Assembly: GCA_004431415.1 (NCBI GenBank)
Contig: QPMI01000533.1
Coordinates: 124,001-188,000 of the forward strand
DNA: 64,000 bases
Direction of reading: 5' to 3'
From: Cyanophora paradoxa CCMP329
Taxonomy: Eukaryota; Plantae; Glaucophyta
Every line of letters begins with the position of its first letter. Within the stretch, counting starts at the first letter, position 1. Below are positions 14,201 through 24,876 of this stretch, piece by piece. The position numbers and the translations under genes were made by a program. Under the pieces are notes generated by a model. The model made no database searches, was not told where the DNA came from, and was given only the letters and a program-made list of their open reading frames with translations.

Positions 14201-15829
14201 AAATATAAAAGATACAAATGTCAAAAACCAGATGTCATAAAAGATATAAAGTCACGATACATTATGCAGATGTCAAAACAAGCCTAGGCCTAGGCCTGAC
14301 ACCCGGATCCGCGATTGCTATTTCAAGAAAGAAAGCGCGTGCGCACCGGAGGAGGTCGCGGGCGTCAAACTCGGATTGCGCCGCGTCGTCGTCGTCGTCG
14401 TCGCCGCCGTCGCCGTGGGCTTGGGCGTCGGGGCCGTCAGACGCGGGGCGCTTCCTCGCGGCGTGCGGCGCCCTCTTCGAGGAGCGCGAGCGCTCGTAGT
14501 AGTCCATCTCGAGGTGCTCGAAGATGTCGCCGAGGCCCGCCGCCTCGGCGCTGACCCGCGCGCACGTCCCGCGCAGCCGCTGCCCGCCGCTCGAGCTAGC
14601 GGCAAGCTCGCAGTCCGCCTCCGAGGCGACGCCCAGCACGCGGACCATCAGGCCGGCCAGCATCTCGTCCACCTCGCGAGTCTGGCGGCCGCGGGCCGGA
14701 ATCGACGCCGGCGCAGGGCAGCGCCTGCAAGAACGCGAGTGAGCCGAACGAAAATCTCCCCTGCCCAGCTGGCTGCTCTGCAAAATTTAAAAGTATGGAG
14801 GCGGGGGCGCACCACGTCTGGCCCCCGACCAGGATCCTGCAGAAAAAAGCACAGTTGAGAATTCGAAGAAAATAGTGCCCCCTGGGCAGCCCCCGCAGTG
14901 CTGGTGTCTAGAGACTGTGGCTGGTACTTAAGCTTCACCAAAAACAAATAGTGCAACAAGCGAATATTAGAATTAACGACGGGATCGAAAAACGATGTCT
15001 AAAATATTAAGCGGAAAAAGAAGTACTAGTAAATTTTCATTAGCATGATGTACACGAACGCATGCGCACGTTCCCGGGGCGATGGGCAGGCTTCGCCCTT
15101 TCTCCAGCAGAATATCAATGCGGTCGGGCGAGCCGGAGCAGTCGACGGCCAGAACCGCGGATTCAACGTCGAGGTCCACAACTGTTTAAGAGCCGGTTAT
15201 GGTCAGGAACGCTATTGAAAGGCACGTGCACAAGGAGTATAAATTTGATTATGATTTTAAAACCCGAATATACACGGGGGCGCGTCATGATCACCTGGTG
15301 CTTTCTGGACAGCGTTGAGAGTGTACCGCACTTGCAGCCCGGACAAATCCACGAAGTTCTTTGCGGTGTGCCAGTGGACGTGGCCTGTCGCGTGGTTCCT
15401 CGTCCGCTTCGCGTCCCAGCCAAGGAACCGATGAGGCGCCGCTCCGGTCGCCCGCCGCACGAAGGCCCCGGAGGGAGCTGCGGGCCGGGGCGTTCGCAGT
15501 GCTTAGCTAATAGCGAAGCTAGCGCTAGCTATAGTGCCGTCACATACAGACCGTCGGAAGTTTATGCAGGAGAGAATAGCGCGCGGGGCCGCGGATATAC
15601 AGATAAGCGCACCGGTACCTAGGGCTCCGAAGCCATCGTGCACGTGATAGCGAAGCGGCTGCGCTGTGGTCTCCGATTTGTGGCCAGAGGACTGCTTCGC
15701 CTCTCTGGCGTCGCACACGCGCGGCGCGGCCGAAGCCGCGAGGACCGCAACCGCAACGAGGAGGAGCGCCGGCACCGGCACGCGTCCGTATGCGGTCGCC
15801 GCCGCCGGCCGCTCGCGCCGCCGGCGCAT
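2298..15829 (-). CDS. Giant multi-exon secreted/cell-surface protein, copy L (signal peptide, FN3-like, PT linker, Kelch-like repeats, Pmp-like beta-helix, C-terminal hydrophobic/GPI-like signal)
   Basis: ATG 15829 MRRRRERP...[16 protein letters not shown]; FN3-like [11 protein letters not shown] and [15 protein letters not shown]; (TPSP)n linker; Kelch-like [24 protein letters not shown]; repeated GGA(V/I/L) and FxxN motifs ([26 protein letters not shown]); ends [32 protein letters not shown]. Could be more than one gene. Confidence 0.75.
9003..9195 (-). repeat. Coding Pro/Thr/Ser tandem repeat (TPSPSP linker)
   Basis: Repeated gggctgggcgtcggcgac / gggctgggcgttgcggat units; ORF 8732-9508 reads [25 protein letters not shown]...; shorter counterpart at ~40570-40725. 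Confidence 0.9.
14876..14944 (-). repeat. ~65-bp dispersed repeat, copy 2 (intronic)
   Basis: Reverse complement of 1467-1532; arm counterpart of 34762-34830. Confidence 0.85.
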
Positions 15830-16501
15830 CGTTAGCCGCGGGCTGTTAACGTCTCTCCGCGGCCCCCCTGCGCTGCCAGGCTGCACGCCGCGGCCGGGGC
15901 AAGAGGCTGGTTTGCTCTTTGCTAATATAACCGCTGAAGGGAAGCCGGGCGGCCGGATATATATCGATAGCGCAACCGCTGCGAGCCTGCGACGTATGTA
16001 CGTACGTAATAGTACGGTAATACTACGTATACTCCGCCGCCGCGCAACTACGTACGTACGTATACTACGGTATACTCGCCGCCTAGCCTTAGTAGCCAAG
16101 TAGTACGGAAGGGTCGGTGCGCGGCCGTGCGCCCACTGCGCCGGCGCCGCGGCCCGCGGCCGCGGGCTGCGGGCCGGCGCGGGTCCGGGGCCTCCGGGCG
16201 CGGCCGGCGGCCGCTCGCGATCGGACTCTATCATCGGAGGCCTAGGCTGTCCGACGGTCTCCGACCCTCGGACCGACGTCGACTCCGGATCTGAGTCTCC
16301 GATCGCGACGGTCGTTTCGGATCCGGGAAATCGGCGGGAATCCGCCGGGCCGCGGCCGGGCTCGGAGAGCCTCGAGCTCGGAGGCTGGTCGGAGCTGTCG
16401 TTCCGGGCTCGGAACCAGTTCGATTCCCAGTGACTCAGTGAAATTTCCCACTAGTACTCGTCGTCGTACTCGAAGTACCTTCTAAGAGGCCATTCCGAAG
16501 T

Positions 16502-16594
16502 TCAAGATCATTGACAGTTCGACTCTTCGCGATCATTACCGGTAGACAGTTCGACTCTTCGCGATCAAGATCATTGACAGTTCGACTCTTCGCG
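16502..16594. repeat. Three direct copies of a 19-mer with 31-32 bp period
   Basis: GACAGTTCGACTCTTCGCG at 16513, 16545 and 16576; copies 1 and 3 also share the upstream TCAAGATCATT. Confidence 0.85.
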
Positions 16595-17110
16595 TGGCGA
16601 GTCACTGGCGACGCGACGCGCGTGCACGTGCCACGGTGGGCATGCGCGCCGCATTGCGCGGGCCAGCGCGGCCGGCGCGGCGGCCCGCCGGGCCCGGCGC
16701 GCGCCCGGCGCGGCGCGGCGGCGCGCGCCGGCCGGGCCCGGCGGGCCGGTGGCGGGCGCCGGCGGCCGGGCGCCGCGCGGGCCGGCGGCGGGCCGGGCCG
16801 CCGCGCGGGCGGCCCGGGCCCCGGGCCCCGGGGGCCGGGGGCCCGGGGCCCGCCGGCGCCCGCTAGCGCTCGGCTGGTCCCCCCGCCCGGGCCCACGCCG
16901 CCCACGTGCACGGTGCACGGCCCCTGGGAGAGATATCGATAGGAACGTTTGAATGTTGCAGACGGCTACTAGTAGCCTGGGCCGCTGCCTGGCAATTGCA
17001 AGCCTGCTAAAAGCTACAACTCACAGCGGTACGCTTGTATGGGGAAGAACTTCGCCGGAGGTTTGGTGCAACTTCCCCAAAAGTACTAGTACTCCAGATT
17101 CTCCAAATAA

Positions 17111-17333
17111 TTGTAGGATTGCCGCGTATACGTAGTTGAATTGCCAAATTCGACCGGGAAAAAAACCGGACTTGCCGTGGCGATCAATTGCCGAAACTCT
17201 GGTTTTCTTCTATGGCGCCATACAAAAGCGGCCGTTTAGCCCTATCCACTAGTACGCCCTATCCTATCCACAAGTTCGGCCTCTCGTCAATATACGGCAA
17301 TTTGAATCATCGGCTAAAAAAGCAATCCTACAG
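17111..17333. mobile_element. Degenerate MITE-like element
   Basis: TGTAGGATTGC (17112-17122) inverted against GCAATCCTACAG-TA (17322-17335), with weaker inward similarity (AATTGCC / GGCAATT); AT-rich interior; right end resembles the CTGTA end of the 32111 MITE. Confidence 0.4.
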
Positions 17334-17754
17334 TAATTGCTTCTAGCTATTGTAACATGTACAGCAACATCATATATATAGCTTAAAACCATGCATGCGC
17401 ATTCGCGTATGCATAAGACATTGCATATGCATAACGATCCTTGTCAGGCAGGGATTTAGGGTCCTTTTTTCTGGAAAGTCTGCTGCACTCGGTGCACGAT
17501 GGTCCTAAGAAGAAAGGATCATCGGATCAACTAGATTACAGTTGCCGGACCAGACCCTTCGGGGCATGGGGACGCCCTCTAGATCTAGAGGGCTGCAGCG
17601 AGCAGAGCTGACGCCCGCTAACGGGCGCCAGGTGCTACGTCTCCGGAATAGCTATTTGCGAGTGTAGCCACATCACTAAAAAGTCGGTTCGTGAATACGA
17701 GAAACAGGTCCGGTCCTCAGATTTCGTCGGAAGTCGGCCATCGATATATATCCG

Positions 17755-19125
17755 ATCGCGATGAGGTCGACGTCCTCAGCTCCTCGCCCGTCACGCGCCC
17801 GCGCGCTCAGGCGCGAGCTGAATTCCAAGCCCAATTGCAAGACAGCCCGGATCTGACATCGGTTCTAATTAGATTCTAATACAAAAGCGCTCGCCAGTGT
17901 GGAGGATGCGGCGGAGGTGCCCCCCCGCCACTCGCGCCCGCTCCTCGCTCCGCACCAGCGCCGCCTCCGCCGCCTTCCGACGCGAGACTGCCCAGGCTTG
18001 GTGGCCGCCGCGGGCCGGCCGGTTTGGGTCCAGGCTTCGCGATCGGAGGATCGGAGGATCCGGATCATACCGCAGTTGTTGAGTAGAAGGGCGGGGAAAG
18101 AAGGGGGGCCGGGGTGTGGGGGGGGGGGGGGGGGGGGGAGGGGGAAGGAGGGGAGGCCTAGGGGGAGGGGGAGGACTAGGGGATGAGGAGGATGAGGAGG
18201 GGAATCGGGTGGGGGGGGGGGGGGGGGCGGGCGTTGGCGGACCGTCCCGCGACGCGCTCGCACGCGTACCCCCCTGCAGGTCGGCATGCTGATACCACGA
18301 GGGGGGAGGGATATAATATGCTGGTTCGGAGGGAGAAGGGGGGGCGGGGTGCGCAGGGCAGCCTGGCAGGGTGACGGACCGCCGTTTGTAATTATTATAT
18401 TAATGTACTCGTGCAAATTCGAATTCGGTATGCTTATGCCAAGCTGCGGGGTACATGTACAGAGATGCGGACGCAGATCTAGATTTAGAGGGTGGGGCGG
18501 GGCGCGAGCGGAGCGCTAGCGCTAGCGCGGGCCGCGGCCGGGCGAGCTCGAGGGGCGGCATAAACCCCTAGTTTGAGGTTGTCGCCTCGAGCTCCGATCC
18601 GCCCTCCGATTCAACCGAAACGAAGATGCGAGCGACTGCAGGAAAGTCGGCGGATGTACATGTGCCACGGTGATCGGGCGGTCGCCGAGCGCGCGTAGGC
18701 CTAGGACGCTAACGCGGGCGGCCGTGAACGGACGCGTTCCGTCGTGGTCTGCAGGCCAGCTGCAGGTTCTCCAGGCGCTGATCTATAAGCTACGCGATGG
18801 CCCAGTTGCTGTGTGATCATGATCATGAGCGCCCCGGCCCCGCCGCGGCGCCGCGAATTCGAATGCGAAAGCGCGTGCGCTCGAGGTGAGCCGAAACAAC
18901 TCCGGATCCCCGGAGCGGGAAGTTTCACAGCAATCATGATCACCTCGCGATCGACTCAGCGGCGATATCGCGATAGTAAAAATAGAGCTTCGAAGCTCGA
19001 AGCCGTACGAACCGTAGTACTACGGTAGGTCGTACGCGTGGACCGGCGTACGCGTGGTCCGGAGTCCGGAGTCCGGAGTCCGGACTCGCCGTGGCCCAGT
19101 CAGTGGAGACTCTGAGACCACGAAG
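17755..19125 (-). pseudogene. Heavily deleted inverted relic of the histidine kinase gene (50758-62700)
   Basis: Reverse-complement matches: ~18560-19125 to 51080-51445; ~18250-18475 to 52285-52395; 17991-18036 to 54122-54157; 17885-17990 to 55503-55607; short fragments at 17755-17800 to ~56092-56460. Degenerate peptide QLGHRV...LQTTTERV is frameshifted. Confidence 0.85.
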
Positions 19126-19457
19126 TCTGTGACGGACTAGCCTACTGTAGAACTAGTTGGGGAAGGGAAAATCACTTCCCCTGTCCCTGTCCCTCGGGCC
19201 CAACCCTACCCCAAATCCCATTTCCCCGACCTCCGCAAAACCCGGGCCGCGCGGTACACCCTGAAAGCCCATCCCCAGGGGACCCCGAAACCGTGTCTCC
19301 CGGTCCCGTCCGACCAAAGGGTGATCCAGGAACAGGCACCAACACCCGGGACAAAAACGGGTCCAGCGACGCACAGGGAGCAGATATACGGGCCAGACCA
19401 GTTCGAGGTCGTTGCGCGCATCATGCCCGACATTCCGTTCTGCGAGAGCTAGGCCGG

Positions 19458-19565
19458 TGTAGTGCGCCAAATAAAATGGCGCGCCATCTTATTTTTATGG
19501 CGCACGCTTTTGAGCCATCGCAGAAAAAAATGCGCCGGCCAGCGCAGCCGGAGCTTGCGTTGGGG
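19458..19565 (+). repeat. Left TIR
   Basis: TGTAGTGCGCCAAATAAAATGGCGCGCCATC...; first 73 bp identical to the right TIR, then 1 substitution and 1 indel. Confidence 0.97.
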
Positions 19566-19681
19566 GGGTTACTACGACTCGCAGCGTATGATGCAATAGT
19601 ACTATACTACTAGGCTAGTAGGTAGTGCGCACAGCAGCAGCCGGCAGACAGCACTGCGGCAGCGGGCGGGGCGGTCCGCAC

Positions 19682-22600
19682 ATGGCGCCCAAGAAGGGCA
19701 AAGTGGCCAAGCAAGGGCCTTACTACGACCAAAGGTTCGATACTCTTGAGCTGTGATGCGAAGGCGCGCACCGGGCGCCGCGCTGATCATGATGCCCGAC
19801 CGCGCGTGCACCTTGCCCGTGACGCAGCGACGGTGACCATCGAGGTCGAGGGAGGCACGGGATGGCCTGCGGAGCTCATGAAGGATGCGGAGCGGCAGCT
19901 CCGCTTCACGCAATCCGTCGGACCTGCGGGCCTGGACCTGTACTTCTACGATCCGGAGGCGGACACCCTCGATCTGAGGACTGCGTCTCGGAAGCTGCCG
20001 AAGCTCAGTCCCGGATGTTTCTTCTACGTCGTGCGGCGGGACATGCAGCCAGCGCACGAGGACGGCGACAGCAACGCCGACCCCGAACTTGTGAAGCTCA
20101 TGAAGCGCGGCAAGGCGCAGCAGCCGGTTCAGGCGGCGACTTCGTCGGACTCGGCGCAGCTGAGTTCGCTCGTGGAGGTGTTGCGCTTGCAGGTCCAGAC
20201 ATCCGTCGGAGCTGCGCTCGCCTCTGCAGGTGAACCTCGAGCAAAGAAGAGGGCGGCGACAGGCGCGAACTACCTGAAGGAGGACACGGATGGCAAGCGC
20301 GGCACTGGGGACTGCAACACGGCACGGGACGTCGTGCGGCTACTGTGGGACGAGCCGATCGAGGGATCGGGGGGGGAGTACACTCCGGAGACATGCCCGC
20401 GAGCCTGGCTGTTTCTGAAGGTGCCGTCCCTTCATTTCAGTTATCGAGCTAGAATTTAAGTTTATATCTCGAGCTCACGCTCTCTCGCGGATGCAGAAGT
20501 GCGGGGCGGCACCCGCAAAACGCACGACACGCTGAGCAGACTGCGGCCGCTGCTCACCCCATTCGACAAGAAGGACCTCAGCCACCTTCAATCCCTCACG
20601 AGATGCAAGAAAGAGATCTATTTTCATAACATTGAGAACATGTGCGTGCGTTGAAGATGGGGCAACGATGCCACGCCCCTGATGCGTACACTCCGAACAG
20701 ACTGTGCATTCTAAGGATGAGGAAAGCGGAGCAGGAGGTGCCGGACGACCACTACAAGCTTGAGGGCATCTCGCGACCCGGCATTCTGGATGTCGCCGAC
20801 TTCATCCTAGGGACTCACAAGCTGACGGCGATGGAGGAGAACGTAGCCGGCTGGATGGATGGCAAGGACAAGGTGGACAGCGGAGAGTGAGCAAGAGTTC
20901 CATTATTTCGAGCAACACATACGAAACTGACCGGTGGAAACAATTTACCACGCAGGTACAAGGCGACCGGGGCGAAGAGGAAGGCCAATTGCAAGAAGAA
21001 GCAGGAAATCGAACATCACGACTCGTGCGAAGGTACGCGACGCTGTTCCAACGCAATCCCAACGCATATTTCAACACCTCTCAACGCATACGTTGATTGA
21101 CATACGATGAATAGTGTTGACGTAATCAACTTCCCTCCGTGTTGGCACAAGGCTCACGCGCACTTTTGCACTTGCAGAGCCGGCAAGGAAAGTGGCAGAG
21201 CAGAAGGGCAAGGCACGCGTCCGCGCCCCCCCGACAGACGAAGGTGCGCAATGTGTACAACGCATGCACAACGCATCGAAAACGCAAGCGTTGGTATTGC
21301 GTTGGTTGATTGCGTTGCAAAGATACAGCGCAATTTTCGTTGATTCCGTGCCCGCAGAGTCCGACGAGGAGGATGACGTAGAGGACAAGCTCGAGGACGA
21401 CAACGAGAGCGGGAATGAGGACGAGGACGAGGGCGAGGACGAGGGCGAGGACGAGGACGAGGACGCAGAGGCGGCAAGCTCGAGGAAGCGCAACCGCAAG
21501 GCAGAGACGAAGGGTCAGGAGGCGAAGCAGGAAAAGCAGAAAGCAGGGAAGCGCAAGAAGCAGGAGAAGGAGATGGAGAAGGAGGCGAAGAAGCCCAAGG
21601 CCGCAGCAATGACAGAGAAGGTGCAGTCTTAAAAACGCAATCTGTGCCAGTCCCGGGCATAGTGCAGAGTTTTAATACCGCAGCACAGAAGGAGGCCGAG
21701 GCGAAATCGAAGGAGAAGGGCAAGGCGGCGGCAGCGAAGAAGGCCGCAGCAGAAAAGCAGGCCGCAAAAACGGCGGAGCAGGCAGCAGCACAGGAAAAGG
21801 TGCAGTGTTGCGCGGCACTCTCTGCGAGCGTTCCGGGCCTGGGGAACAGTTTTAATAACGCAGCGCAGAAGGAGGCCGAGAAGAAAGCGAAGGAGAAGGA
21901 GAAGGCGGCGGCAGCAAAGAAGGCTGCAGCCGAGAAGGAGGCCGCGAAAACGAAGGCGCAGGCAGAGGCTGCCGCGGCAGCACAGGAGAGGGTGCAGTTT
22001 TTCGCGTCACTCTGTGCGAGCGCCTGGCATAGGAAAGAGTTCTAATCACGCAGCGCAGAAGGCGGCCGAGAAGAAGTTGAAGGAGAAGGACAAGGCGGTG
22101 GCAGCGGAGAAGCTGGCAGAGGCGCCTGCAGAGAAGAGCCGAAAGAAGAGGAAGGCTGCATATGAGCTGGCGGCGGAGCCAATAATCCCAAATCCCCGAC
22201 AGCTGCCGCCCTTCCCAAGCTTCTCAATCCTGGAAAGCAGAGCAGCTTTCGGCAGCTTCGCAGCAAGGCAGAGCGCGCAAAAGCCAAGTCAGGCGGAGAG
22301 AGTCCACTCGCCCCCAAGATACTCCCTCCCGCCCGGGCCGGTTGGCCTACGTAAACCAGGAAACCGGGTGCGCACGGGCAGTCCTCGCAAATTATTATAC
22401 AATCGGTACTGTAATAAATCAGACTGTAATTATACATGTGCAGCTCGAACTCTACAGACGGCGGCTCGATCCTGGAGCTTTCATCCAAACCCTTTCTCAG
22501 GCGAGCATAGCATTGCAACGCATACTCAACGCTTGCGTTGTACATACGTTGATGTAGCGTTGTTGTAAATCAGAACGGAGAAACCTCTCAGTCTCAGTCG

Positions 22601-23998
22601 TGCTCAGCACTTCATCCGCGAACAAGAGCACATAAGTGCATACGATGCGAAGTCGTCGTATCTGTGCTTCACAAAGCCCAACGACGACCTCCCTCCGGGC
22701 TCGGAGCAAGTTGTTGCGGTATGGGATCACCAACCAGGGGTGACGTCGCACCCCTGGAGGCTGTGCAACACGCACAAGTACGCCCAGCTCGAACCCCGTC
22801 TCGCAGCGGAGACATCGTCGGGGGGAGGCCCCCTCGTTGTGGTCATTGAGTGGCCGCGGGATGACCCCATCATCATCGGGGCCGCCATTAAACAGGGGGA
22901 CGAGGTTGTCCAATATATGACGCCATACATATTTCAGCCAGTCAAACAGGATGACGGTGGCAGGAAACGGGGCAAGCGTGAAGTCGTCCCCGTCGCCGTC
23001 GATGACACATTTCTAGACGCTGTCCGAACCTGCAGCACTCCCACGCGGTATGCAATGCCCCATTCACGTCACAAATATTCAGATAATGTCTGCAGGTTGA
23101 ACGTCGCAGAAGGAGCCGCAGAGGATGCCCGCCCGCAACTCTCGAGACCCATTCTGAGGCGAGCATAACTTTTCAACGCTTACACAACGCTTTCCAGCGC
23201 TAACGTTGATATTGCGTTGCCGTGTTTCAAATGCAGAACGGACAAAAAGCTGTATGTCCAGCCGTCTCCGGAAGACGGCGGCGGTGTTGTGTGCGTGCAA
23301 CGGCATATTTTGTGGGCATTGCGTTATTACTTACACGTCTTGGCAGAGATGTGAACCACGCGTTGAGGCCTCACCCGATTTTGTGGCACCTGGGTGGGGC
23401 CGCATTTCCAAGAAGGCCCTCGCAGATGAGGTGGCAACGCACATCTGGAACGGACGGAAACAGATCGTGAAAACAGTTCTCAAGCTGCGATGGCCGCCGC
23501 ATTTCGATCTCGAGCCACGAACGCGTCTCGTGGTTCGCGGCAGGAGGAGTACGGAGAGAGAACACACCATCCTCGTGCCATTCGACCAGTCCAAGACAGC
23601 ATACGGACAGGCACCCGGGCGCGTCCTGCACTTCGACACATCCACGGTTTACTACGTGCAGTACGCTCAGGTAGAGCTCGATTGGGATGCCGAGTACGAA
23701 CTCTTCCTAGCCCTGCAGGTAACTACGCAATTCCAATGCATGCGTTGCGTTTCCGCTGCTCACGTGTTGGATGCAGCACGAGGAGACGGACGCCGAGGGC
23801 GAGATGACTTTTGCACTTCGGAATGGCCCCGCGGTCACTGTAGGAAAGGTGGAGGATCGCAGGACCTTCCGCCGTTCTATCTCGTACCGGCCACACCCGC
23901 GGCCGCTGCGTGGCGAAATATCGGACTTCAACGAGGGAACAGTGGAGGGCAAGGACAACTGGTGGCACAAGTGGGACATCTTCATGCTCAAGAAGTAG
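19682..23998 (+). CDS. Transposon accessory (cargo) gene, multi-exon, unknown function; basic N-terminus, acidic tract, K/A/E-rich repeats, C-terminal globular regions
   Basis: ATG 19682 MAPKKGKVAK; exons include TVTIEVEGGTGWPAELM..., ESDEEDDVED..., KAAAAKKAAAEK repeats, WRLCNTHKY...VVVIEWP, and a last exon ...KDNWWHKWDIFMLKK* (TAG 23996-23998); GT-AG and GC-AG introns. Confidence 0.7.
21570..22130 (+). repeat. Tandem exon+intron units (~180-190 bp, three intron copies)
   Basis: Related introns GTGCAGT...TAATNNCGCAGC(A/G)CAG start at ~21620, ~21800 and ~21992, each followed by a K(E/A)AE..K.KEK.KA.AA exon. Confidence 0.85.
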
Positions 23999-24352
23999 AT
24001 TCTGTTGAAGTAGAAGTAGATTAATGTGCAGAAAGTAGCCATTGTGCAACTGCTTCAGCTTGTGTTCTCTGCACAATTTACAAGTCTTACTTTACAAGTC
24101 GTACTTGTGGTACTGATGGGGATGAAAGTTGAAGTGTGGGCAGGCTGGACGTGCTCACAGTGAAGTGGATACTGCTTAGTCGAGTGGGATGGAAATTCAA
24201 AGGATTTGGCCGCTCGAACTCGAAGGATGAGTTTAGTAGGTAACTCAGTGACTAGATCTGTAGTCACAAGTACTAGACAAGTACTCGAGAAGCTCTGAAG
24301 CAATTTGTAGTATTCTAGAGTTCTCAGATTTGTACTACAATCATGCGTCCAA

Positions 24353-24540
24353 CGATCATGAGTCATGAGGCTAACTAGTCGGGTTCTAAAGTTGAACTAC
24401 GATCATGAGTCATGAAGCTTAGTAGTCCGGTTCTAAAGTCGAACTACGATCATGAGTCATGAAGCTTAGTAGTCCGGTTCTAATGTCGAACTACGATTAT
24501 GAGTCATGAAGCACATTAGTCTGGTTCTTAAAGCGAACTA
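24353..24540. repeat. Four tandem ~47-bp repeats between the convergent transposon genes
   Basis: Unit CGATCATGAGTCATGAAGCTTAGTAGTCCGGTTCTAAAGTCGAACTA x4 with few substitutions; no unique spacers. Confidence 0.92.
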
Positions 24541-24876
24541 CAGCCAGGGTTCTTGAAACGCACGCACACAAGTAGACTAGCTATAGTCGTGTTCAAGATC
24601 TAAAATTGTACTATGACAATGAATGTAGTATCAATAAAGTATAGTAGTAGTAGCAATAAAGTATAAATTATAGTACATGATTCCTAAAGAAGAAGAAGAG
24701 TATATATGTATAAGACACGCCCCAGCCGAGCGCGCGCTGCATGCAGCCTGGCAGGACACAACGCATTCCCAACGCATGCGTTGCGTTTCCGTTGCACACC
24801 CGGTTCCCTCTCTCAGTTCCCTTTCAATTTTCGCATCTCTGTCAGTTCCCTTTCAAGCAAATTTCTGACAAACACT

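Larger units (their letters stand above)
1580..16050 (-). repeat. Left arm of ~15-kb inverted segmental duplication
   Basis: Collinear reverse-complement match to ~33524-48595 in exons, introns and flanks (e.g. 15901-15980 vs 33570-33660; 2280-2500 vs 47570-47790; weak outer match 1581-1603 vs 48566-48595). Confidence 0.95.

Noticed and set aside
14876-14944. The 65-bp repeat as a Helitron 3' end or snoRNA
   Set aside because: A small TGCCC-CCT-GGGCA hairpin and a CTAG are present, but CTAG is not conserved in copy 1, homology continues past it, and no box C/D or H/ACA motifs are evident.
16100-16950. Pro/Arg/Gly/Ala-rich ORFs here and at 29640-31650
   Set aside because: Near-100% GC low-complexity sequence gives open frames on both strands, with no motifs or credible splice structure.
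18115-18230. Poly-G tracts as a special G-quadruplex element
   Set aside because: Explained as the reverse complement of C-rich intron sequence of the kinase gene (~52400-52520) within the pseudogene relic.
24353-24540. CRISPR array (also considered for 16502-16594)
   Set aside because: Units are contiguous or separated by only ~12 nt of related sequence, with no unique spacers, no cas genes, and a eukaryotic context.
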